Shown here in pieces: positions 50,501-61,655 of a stretch of 64,000 nucleotides of DNA. The position numbers were made by a program, and so were the translations under genes. The DNA lies in the NCBI RefSeq assembly GCF_026210795.1, contig NC_089429.1, forward strand, positions 62,001 to 126,000. Reading direction: 5' to 3'. The notes below the pieces were generated by a model, which was given only the letters and a program-made list of their open reading frames with translations, did no database searches and had not been told where the DNA came from. Each line of letters starts with the position of its first letter. Positions within the stretch are counted from its first letter, which is position 1. This DNA comes from Rhizophagus irregularis (taxonomy: Eukaryota).

Positions 50501-53500
50501 CTTCAGGTCCTAGTCCTACCTTTTATTATCAGAATGGTTCTTCAAGACTTGATTATATTTGGTCATCCCCTGGATTTCCTGCTCCTGGTCTTTTCTCTCA
50601 AGTTGAAACTTGTTCTAATCTGAACAATAATCAATTTACTGATCACCGTGTACTTATAACGGCCTTTGATTTTAGCTCATGTTTCGCTATCTTATCCAAA
50701 GCTCAATTAAAGCAGAAAAGCGAACAACGCACCATCTTTCTTTACAAAAATTTGAAAGATGACACTTGGAACAAATTTTCTAATGAAGTAAACTCACGTC
50801 TTGAGTTATACTTAACCACACACCACCCTTCAGTATCTTCACTTTCAGCTCTTTCATTGGACAAACTTTGGCACGCTCTTAAACGTTCTATTCTTGGTGG
50901 TGCCATTGATTCTCTACCATTCCAACATGTATCCAACACCCATCATCATAAATATCCTCCTGAACTTACAATGCTTATTGCTGTCAACAAATTCTTAGAC
51001 AGATTACTGTTTAAATTGACCACATCTAGGCCTGGTCATCCTGCTCAAATTTTACAAATGATTAATTCTTTACCAACCCAATTAATCCTCCTTAAGTCTC
51101 TTTTAATAGATTATACTATACCTTCTTATAGTACAACACCACTTCCTACTTTTGTCAAATTTTTACGTTCACAAAAAGCTTTGGTTTCAGCTTATCTTTC
51201 TACACAATTTCATCAGCATCGTGTAGACTCCATTGAATATTATACTGCTCTTAGAGATGAACATTTCTCTACATCCCCGGGCTCTTTTATTTCTTCAGCC
51301 CTATCAGTGGAACATCGTTCTATCGTCCTTGATAGAGTTTTGGTTGTTATTGACTCCAAACCCACCTTGCTTACTGATCCCTCAGATATCAAACAAGCTG
51401 CTATTAAACACTTCCAGTCGGTTGTTACTCCTCCTTTGGTCCAGTATTCTTCTACAGATTCATTTCCTCCACGATGGCAACGAGCATATACTCCTCTTCT
51501 AGATATTGATTCGTCCTTATATAACTCGGTTATGTCTCCTATTCTGGCTGATGAATGGAAGAACACTCTCAATTCTATGCCTAATAATAAAGCCTCTGGT
51601 CCTTCCAAGATCTCTTATGAGATGCTCAAACATTTAACTGGAGAAACTTTCAATTTGTCCCTTGTATTAGCCAATGCTTGTCTCATTCATGGAGATATTC
51701 CTGCTGATTGGCGTGAAGCGCTTGTTTACCCCATTCCTAAGCCTCATGAATTTGACGCCCAATTGAAGAATACGCGACCTATCACTCTATTGGAAACAGT
51801 ACGAAAATGTGTGGTTAAGGTCGTTACAACTCGACTTTCAAAAATCCTAGCTGACAATTAAGTGCTCCAAGGTGGTAATTTTGCCGGATTACCTGGCGGC
51901 TCCACCGACATTCCTATTAAGATGCTTGATGCTATTATTCATCAACGACGCTTTGATAAAAGCGATGACCAAGAACTATGGGTTGTTTCTCAGGACATTT
52001 CTAAGGCCTTTGACTCGATTGATTTGAACATGCTTAGACTGGCTTTAATCCGTCTGCATATTCCGTCCTTACTGATTAAATTCATCATTAACCTTTTTAC
52101 AAGACGTAATAATAAAATTATTACCCATCATGGTGATACTCCTGGATATAGAGTTAGAATTGGTATTGACTAGGGCGAAATCATTTCTCCACTACTATGG
52201 GTTATTTATTTAGATCCTTTGCTTACAACACTTAATCGAGAAGCTTGTGATCCCTTTATTTTGAAATCTTCTGCATTATTGGATTATTCTCCAATTGAAT
52301 ATAAACAACACAATCTTCCTGTTTCACATATTACATTTATGGATGATTCTACTTTGATTGCTTCATCTAAACGAGGAATTGAAGATCGCCTTTCCATTAC
52401 TGCTGAATTTTATACTTTAAATAATACTCAAGCAAATTCAGCAAAATATATTCTTCTTTCTTCTGATCAATTTTCTCAAACTGTTGTGTTTGATCTACTC
52501 CCATCTCCTTTAAATACGATTTATACCCTTACTTTAAAGGCGTTAGCCTTATCTACATCTTTTCGGTTTTTAGGTGTTTGGTTTAACCTTTCGGCTTCTT
52601 CTCGTTTTGTTCATAACCAAACAGTTTCCATGGTCAAAGACATGGCCGCTCTACTCAGTCCTAAAAAACTTTTAGCACAACATATAGCCTATCTTTATAA
52701 TGTTGTCCTACTTCTGAGGCTAGAATTTCGCCTACAAACCACGTTATTTGCAGAATCTACCATTAATCGCATGGTTTCTCCAATGCTTTCTCTTATTCGT
52801 CAGAAGGCTGGTTTGGCCTCAGTCACTCCTCTTTCCGCGCTTTTCACACTGTTACCTTTCTCTATTTAACAAGCGTTTGGTCGATTTCTATCATCCCATA
52901 TGGCTTCATGGCAGAAAATTTTTTCTCACCCTTCATATAAGCTCTTTGCCAATTATATGATTACTTATCTCCAAGGTTTTTTGGACTGTGATGCCTGCCC
53001 TTCTACTACTGACCTGGAACCATGGTCCCACACTTTTTCTTTGCGAACACATTCTTTATTTAATTCTTTATTGTTCTCTTCTCGTTTAAATATCACGTGG
53101 TCTTTATTATTCCGACCTCTGAGGAAAGATTTACGTCCGGCGATTCCATTCCGGTCTATTTTACCAAAAGATTTATTTACTTCCATGAAAAATGTTCGAA
53201 ACAATTTTGGTACTCGTTTCCTTGCCCAACTGGTTTTTCCGTGTGGCTCTCGACTTCTCTCATGGAAAGATTTACGCTTTCTTAAACGAGTATCGAACAA
53301 AGGATCTGTGCCTGCTTGGTTTAATTATTTGTTCAATCTTATTGTTATTCCTAATTCACCTTCTTTTTTTATTTTATAACAATTTAGAATTCCTAGTTCT
53401 CATACTGTTACTTCTATTTCCTTTATAGATATTAGTCAAAATTATTGGTTTAACCCTCAATGGGCTGTTTCTTTTAATCGTAATACTAACTCTTTTCTTG

Positions 53501-55563
53501 TTGGCCATGTGATTACTACCTATCCTGCTCCACGTAATGAAGCTCTTATTTCACATTGAATTGCGTCTTCGGTTGATGATTTGTTTTCTGATTTTACTGC
53601 ATGTCAAGGTTGTGCCTCTGCTCTCCTGCGATCCTCTACCTCTAAAACACTGCTTAAACGATATCCTTCTGAAAAGTGTTTCTCTTATGTGTCTTTATCA
53701 AGTTTGATCCGTTATCCGACGAAACCTCGTACTTATATACATGCGGATACCCGCTCGGTTTCACTTTCTGCCTCGTTAGGCTATGCCAAATCTCTTTTAT
53801 TATTTCATCTTTTTGCTCCGGATCGGTTACCTCCTATGAATGAACTAGTGCTTAGGATTTCTGATATCCAACTTCCTTCTTCGGTGTTTACACTTTATAT
53901 TGATGGTTCCTTCCTTTCTCCTCCTAGTCATCCGGCATCCTCGATGGCTTATGCATGGACTGCTATAGATCCTGATGGATTTATTTTGGAATCCCATTAT
54001 AATATCATCTCTTCCACTTTTCCTTCTGCTTTACATTCAGAAGTTTTTGCTTTATTGCACGGATTGGACTCCCTTCCTCGGAATTCAAAGATTACTGTCG
54101 CCACTGATTGTGCCAATTACTTTCTTTATGGTCTTCGTATGTGGATGCTCCTTTTATTCCCAGAATGCTTAAAGAATCCAACCACCTTTTGTGGTCCTCC
54201 ATACGCACTATTATGTTGCAAAAGAATCTGGATGTTACCTTAATTAAGGTTCCTGCTCATGCTGACGACCCTTTGAATAATCATGTGGATGCATTAGCTA
54301 AAGCCGCTCATACTGACTCACATCTTTCTTCTTGTCCACCATCGGAATTGATGGCTCCTTGCATTTTACAATTTAATTCCTTACCTGTGGATATGAATAT
54401 CCGGAAATTTATTAGAGATATTTTTGACGCCAAAAGTCTTTTAACTTTTGCTGTATTACCAAGATTTAATCCCTATTCTTCAACTTCTGATATTGATTGG
54501 GCTTGCACCAAGTTTTGTCTCAATAACAATAAGCAATTTGCCTCTCATTGGAATGGCCGTTCCGAGTTTTGTGGTTTTCGTATCAAATTACTTTTAGATA
54601 TGCTTCCAACGCTTACAACTCTTCAGAGACAAAAGCCTCATTTTTATAATCCAAGTTGGCTTTGTTCTCAATGTAACTCTTTTCCTGAGACTTTAGACCA
54701 CTTGTGGACTTGTCCTTATATCTTACCGGAATTTAGCCCTTTACATACTTTTAAAACACTTCTATTGGCTCTCCGGACTAATTATCTTGCCAAATTCCTT
54801 TCTGCGTCGTCTTTAATACCTTTACCGGACTCTTTTGCTGCTGAATTTATAGCTCTTAATTGTTGGAATTGTGACCCTCCTTCATTTTCTTGCCTGAAAC
54901 TCGCACGAGGACTTATACCGATATCCCTTACAGAATTTCTTGGAAATTATTTTTCTTCACTTACCATATGGTTTATCTTAGATACACCTTTGCACGACTT
55001 TCATTTTGACCTTTATGTCCAAATCTGGTTGTGCCGTTCCATTTTCTTTCATCATTGGAAATTAGCTCAAGGCATTACAAAAAAAATGAACTCGTCAGCT
55101 CTTGGACCTTCTTCTATTCTTTGTCCTTTTTCTAACATTCCTCTTGACTCTTTGACACCTTCCTTGGCGACAGCTTCCTTGGATCCCTGGGTTTCATGGG
55201 TTTCCTCTTCTATAATCCGTGGGGGATCTTGGATTTCACATTTGGATTTTTGGCGCTGCTTAACAGTTCAGCCTCTACTTAGGATTTCTTTTTGGTAACT
55301 GATTAGATCTTAGGACATGCTGGATAGTTGACTCACACTGGCCTTCGGGTAAAGATGGGGTATGCGTTTCTGTAATAGTTTAGTTTTTCTTTACTTAATT
55401 TTATTTTGTTTAGATTTCTTTACTTGTATGAATCGTGAAGCTAGTTCTTTTTATTTTTTATGTTTATTCTCTATATTTGATATTTGTAATATGGTTCGAT
55501 TCGTTTATTGTACTTTTCGTTTAAATTTAATAATAAAAGATAAAGTCAAAAGACTGTTTGCTC
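47564..55563 (+). mobile_element. LINE-B copy 2, full length, both ORFs disrupted
   Basis: Colinear with copy 1 with the same termini; stops at e.g. 48435, 49323, 51859, 52171 and 52867. Confidence 0.93.
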
Positions 55564-57675
55564 ATAATCACCAAATATGAGGATTATCGCAACTCTTTCC
55601 TGAAAACTTGAAAATACTAATAAAATTTATTTTTGAAATTTTCGTTCAAAATTTTTAAGTGCTCGTTCAAAATACTAATATTTCCCCAGTTGCTTTCCTC
55701 TTTACTGAGCTTTATACTATGACTACACCTACAGCTCCTTCTGTTATTAACCCAGATATTCCGCCGCCATCACGTCCTGATACTTCAGCTCCTTCAGGAG
55801 ACCGACCTTTGTCTCCTACTAATACCGCTGGCACGCCTAATAAACATTCGCGTATTGTTACTGATGATGCTATGAATGTTGATATAACTTCGTCCTCTTC
55901 TCCTGCTCCCTCCCTTATTTCTACCGTTCCTTCTGGTCTTCCTGTCAACAAAGTCCAAGTGATTACCTCTCCTCATAATACTACTACTCCTGTTGAAACT
56001 GTTGACGCTTCTATCCATGCTCCCTCTAACACCTGATGGTAAAGGCAAAGCTGTTGCCTTCGATATTCCGGAACGACAACCATCCTCCGATGGTAATGCT
56101 ACTGCTATCAAATCTGCACCCTCTCGTTATCATGCTGCGGCCTACCTACGTGACGTGCCTGACACATTCAAAGCTAAATTCACCACCAATTGCTCTATGT
56201 GTGACGAAGTGGATTGTTCACTCTCCCATTATTCTTTTTATGGCGCTTGTGCACGATGCGAAGGATCAAGCGATAACAAGAAAATCCTTGTTTTCTTCAA
56301 TAATCATGATGATTATACCGATTGTGTCACCTCCCCATGTGCCGATTTCCTTGATTTGGCTTTCAGTCATTACTTCCCTGCAGACGCTAAGCTCAGTGAT
56401 GAAATGAAGTCTTTGTTTGTCACTGATATTCCACTTTTCCTAACCAAGACTCAAATCCGTTAGGCATTTTCCCGATATGGCACTGTAATCAAGTGCAAAC
56501 TTACTCCTAGGAAATATTACTATAATGATTGTTGGTCCGATTGCTACTTTGGGAAGTATTGGGACGAGAAGTATTAGTATTATTGTTGCTGTTGTTGGAA
56601 CGGGATGAAGAGAAATTATTATTGCAGGATCTAGAATTGGATCACGATTTTGAACGGGAATTGGAATTGTCACGTGATCAGCGCGAGTTTTGATGACCAC
56701 ATCTAGGGCCAGCATTGAAGCGAGAATAAAGTTTGTTAAGGCGATCATCTACTTTCTGTGTGGTACGAGGATTGCATACAGAGGGAGAACAACCAGGGCA
56801 CCCATAAACGTGGCATAAAGTTTGTGCTTTATTGGGAGGATGCCATGTTAATCCTTTACCACAGAAAGCTACGATCATTTCTTTGGCAGCTTCAAGAGAT
56901 TCAAACGATGAGAAATTCAAATATACATAGGGTTTAGGCTTGTAGGAGCTGATAGATAGAGGAACGTTAAAGGCCTTAGCGTTAACTTGAGTAGCAATTT
57001 CTAACAGATTAGCTTCTTTAATATTCTTTGGAATGCTGGTAAGGATAGCAACATGTTCTCTGCGGCTATCGCGTTGAGATTTTGAAAAAGATGCCGGGCA
57101 AACACGTAAACAATTACCAAGGCAAATGATCGCCCAAATATCATTAAATTGGGCAACTGCATCTGCAGAGGAAAATTGGATATGTCAATAATAATAATCC
57201 TTGGAACAATGATAATTCTTCCGGTTCTACTCAACCTCCACACAATCCTCATCCTACCAATTCTACACCACCTACTTCTCCATCTGATAATTCTGCCCAT
57301 ACACTTCCTCAACATATTATTGATGACTTAAAAGTGCAGATCAAAGAGATCGCTAACACCTTTCATACTCTAAAGGAAACTGTCTCTTGGATGAATGATA
57401 CTATCACGGCCCATGAGTATAGGCTATCTGAGCTTGAATCAATGATGAATTATGACAACCCTGGTGACTCTGATTTATATCCGCCTCGTGATGGTTATGA
57501 AAATCATACTCATTCTTATGATAATGGATGGGATGATGCCCCAACCCAAGACACGAATTCAGGATTCAATCTTCCTTCCCATACTTCTCCTTCTCTTATG
57601 GATACTTCTCCTGATGCTTCCTTTTCAGCTCTAGATCCTAACTCCGTCTTGTCAAGAAGACATGTCCCCTTACCT

Positions 57676-57720
57676 CACACGTCAAATGATCAAAAATAGG
57701 CAAAAAAAATGGCGCAAATT
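57676..57720. mobile_element. Single TIR of the CACAC.. MITE family seen at 35217-35416
   Basis: CACACGTCAAATGATCAAAAATAGGCAAAAAAAATGGCGCAAAT is the reverse complement of 35373-35416. Confidence 0.8.
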
Positions 57721-57723
57721 ATA

Positions 57724-57892
57724 CATGCTGCTCAAATTATTTTGGGATGCCATAATTATAATTTGGGATGCTATAATTCATTCGGTTTATATATAATTTA
57801 CTATGTAAAGTGCCAAAATAATTTGGGATGCCATAATTGAATTTGGGATTTTACTTATAATTACGGCAGTCCAAAATAATTTGGGTGGCATG
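57724..57892. mobile_element. Tc1/mariner-like MITE flanked by TA
   Basis: TA|CATGCTGCTCAAATTATTTTGG..CCAAAATAATTTGGGTGGCATG|TA. Confidence 0.75.
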
Positions 57893-60800
57893 TATAGTGG
57901 TTACAACTCGGCTTTCAAAAATCTTAGCTGACAATCAAGTGCTCCAAGGTGGTAATTTTGCTGGATTGCCAGGCGGTTTCACTGACATTCTTATTAAGAT
58001 GCTTGATGCTATTATTCATCAACGACGTTTTGACAAAACTGATGACCAAGAATTATAGATTGTTTTTCAGGACATTTCTAAGGCCTTTGACTCAATTGAT
58101 TTAAACATGCTTAGACTGGCTTTAATTCGTCTGTATATACCGTCTTTATTGATCAAATTTATCATTAACCTTTTTACAAGACGTAATAATAAAATCATTA
58201 CACATCATGGTGATACTTCTGGATATAGAGTTAGAATTGGTATTGATCAAGGTGAAATCATTTCTCCATTATTATGGGTTATTTACTTGGATCCTTTGCT
58301 TACTACACTTAATCGAAAAGCTTGTAATCCCTTTATTTTGAAATCTTCTGCGTTATTGGATTATTCTCCAATTGAATATGAATGACACAATCTTCCTGTT
58401 TCGCATATTACATTTATGGATGATTCTACTTTGATTGCTTCATCTAAACGAGGAATTGAAGATCGCCTTTCTATTACTGCTGAATTTTACACCTTAAATA
58501 ATACTCAAGCAAATTCAGCAAAATATATTCTTCTTTCTTCTGAACAATTCTCTCAAACTATAGTGTTTGATCTTTTTCCATCTTCCTTAATCCCGATTTG
58601 TTTCCTTACTTTAAAGGCGTTAGCTTTATCCAAGTCTTTCCATTTTTTAGGTGTCTGATTTTGCCTTTCAACTTCCTCTCGTTTTGTTCATAATCAATGT
58701 ACTTCGATGGTCAAAGATATGGCTGCTTTACTTAGTCCCAAAAAACTTTTGGCACAACATGTAGCTTACCTTTACAATGTTGTCTTATTGCTGAGATTAG
58801 AATTTCGCCTACAAACCACATTATTTGCTGAATCTACCACTAATCGCATAGTTTCTTCAATGCTTTCGCTCATTCAACAGAAGGCTGGTTTTGCTTCAGT
58901 CACTCCTCTTTCTGCGCTTTTCACACTGTTACCTTTCTCTATTTAACAAGCGTTTGGTCGATTTCTATCATCCCATATGGCTTCATGGCAGAAAATTTTT
59001 TCTCACCCTTCATATAAGCTCTTTGCCAATTATATGATTACTTATCTTCAAGGCTTCCTAGATTGTGATGCCTGTCCTTCTACTATTAATTTGACACCAT
59101 GGTCCCATACGTTTTCTTTACGTACACATTCTTTATTCAATTCTTTATTATTTTCTTCTCGATTGAACATCACATAGTCTTTATCGTTCCGACCTCCGAG
59201 AAAAGATCTACATCCAACTATTTCACTCCGGTCCATTTTACCTAAAGAATTATTTATTTCTATGAAAAATGTTCGGAAAAACTTTTGTACTCGTTTCCTT
59301 ACCCAACTAGTTACTTTGTGTGGCTCTAGACTTCTCTCATGGAAAGATTTACGCTTTCTTAAACGAGTTTCGAACAAAGGATCTGTGCCTGCTTGGTTTA
59401 CTTATTTATTTAATTTTATTGTTATTTCTAATTCTCCTTCCCTTTTTGTTTTACCGCAATTTAGAATACCTAATTCCCATACTGTAGCTTTTATCTTTTT
59501 TATAGATATAAGTCAAAATTATTTGTTTAATCCACAATAGGCTATTTCTTTTAATCGCATTACTAACTCTTTCCTTGTTGGCTGTGTGATCATTACCTAT
59601 CCTGCTCCGCGAAATGAAGCTCTTATTTCACATTGGATTGCGTCATCTGTTGAATGACTTATTATCTGAATTTACTGCATGTCAAGGTTGTGCCTCTGCT
59701 ATCCCGCGATCCTCTACCTCTAAGACACTGCTTAAACGATGTCCTTCTGAAAAGTGCTTCTCTTATGTGCCTTTATCAAATCTTATCCGTTACCCTACGA
59801 GACCTCGTACTTATATACATGCGGACACTCGTTCGGTCTCACTTTCCGCCTCATTAGGCTATGCCAAATCTCTATTATTATTTCATCTTTTTACTCCAGT
59901 TCGATCACTTCCTATGAATTATCAAGTGTCTAGGATCTCCGATATTCAACTTCCTTCTTCGGTGTCTACACTATATATCGATGGCTCTTTCTTTCATTTT
60001 TCTAGTCATTCGATACCTTCGATAGCTTATGCATGGACTGCTATCGATTCTGATGGATTTATTCTTGACTCCCATTATAATATCATTCCTTCTTTTTTCC
60101 CTCTGCATTGCGTTCTGAAATTTTTGCTTTATTGCATGGACTGGACTCCCTCCCTCAGAATTCCAAGATTACTGTCGCTACCGATTGTGCACAATTAATT
60201 TCCTTATGGTTTACGTATGTGGATGCTTCCTTCATTCCTAGAATGCTTAAAGAATCCAACCACCTTTTATGGTCTTCGGCACGGGCTATTACTTCACAAA
60301 AGAATCTGGAAGTTACTTTTATCAAGGTTCCTGCTCACACTGACGATTCTTTGAATAATCATGTGGATGCATTAGCTAAAGCTGCTTATATTGACTTGCA
60401 TCTTCCTTCTCGTCCGTTGTCGGAATTGCTAACTCCTTGCATTTTACAATTTAATTCTTTACCTGTGGATATGAATATCCAGAAATTTATTAGAGATATC
60501 TTTGACGCTAAGAGCCTTTTAACTCTTGCTGTATTACCAAGATTTAATTCTATTTCTTCTACTTCTGATATCAATTGGGCTTGTACCAAATTTTGTCTTA
60601 ATAATAATAAGCAATTTGTCTCTCATCGGAATGGCTATTCTGAGTTTTGTGCTTTCCATATCAAGATTTTATTAGATATGCTTCTGACACTCACAACTCT
60701 TCAGAAATGAAAGCCTCATATCTATGACCCGAGTTGGCCCTGTCTTCAATGCAACTCCTCTCCTGAGACTTTAGACCACTTATGGACTTGTCCGTATATT

Positions 60801-61655
60801 TTACTCGAATTTAGTCCTTATAATACCTTCAAAACACTTCTGTTGGAACTTAGAATTGTGTGTATTGAGAAATTTCTTTCTGCGACTCCTTTAATACCTT
60901 TACTGGACTCTTTCGTTGCAGAATTTACGGCTCTTGATTATTGGGAATGTGACTTTCCTTCGTCTTCTTGCCTGTGACTTACACGTGGACTCATACCGAT
61001 ATCCCTTACAGGATTTCTTGGACTTTACTTTTCATCATTCGTTATATGGTCTATTTTAGATACATCTTTACACGACTTTCACTTTGATCTTTATGTTCAA
61101 ATCTGGTTGTGCCGTTCTGTTTTCTTTTATCATTGGGAATCAGCTCAAGGCATCTCTAATAAAATAAAATCGTCCGTTATTGGACCTTTTCCTATTTCTT
61201 ACCCTTCCTCTCAAATCTCTCCTGATTTCTCGACACTTTCCCTGGCGATAGTTTTCTTGGATTCCTGGGTTTCTTGGGTTTCCTCTTATATAATCCGTGA
61301 GGGATCTTGGATTTCGCACTTGGATTTTTGGCGCCGCTTAACAGTTCAGCCTCTACTTAGGATTTCTTTTTGGTAACGGATTGGATCTTAAAACATGCTG
61401 GATAGTTGACTCACACTGGCCTTTAGGTAAAGTTGGGGTATGCGTTTCTGTAATAGTTTAGTTTTTCTTTACTTAATTTTATTTTGTTTAGATTTCTTTA
61501 CTTGTATGAATCGTGAAGCTAGTTCTTTATATTTTTTATGTTTATTTTCTATTATTTGTTTTTGTAATATTGTTTGATTTGATTATTGTACTTTTCATTT
61601 AAATTTAAAATAAAAGATATAGTCATAAGACTGTTTGCTCATAATCACCAAATAT

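Larger units (their letters stand above)
55579..61640 (+). mobile_element. LINE-B copy 3, rearranged (internal inversion, ~2.1-kb deletion, nested DNA-transposon pieces)
   Basis: Same termini as other copies; 56528-57186 is inverted; sequence equivalent to ~41649-43810 of copy 1 is replaced by 57676-57898. Confidence 0.9.
38408..61655 (+). repeat. Six identical copies of the 15-bp target/TSD ATAATCACCAAATAT delimiting array units
   Basis: Positions 38408-38422, 39427-39441, 39543-39557, 47549-47563, 55564-55578 and 61641-61655. Confidence 0.95.
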
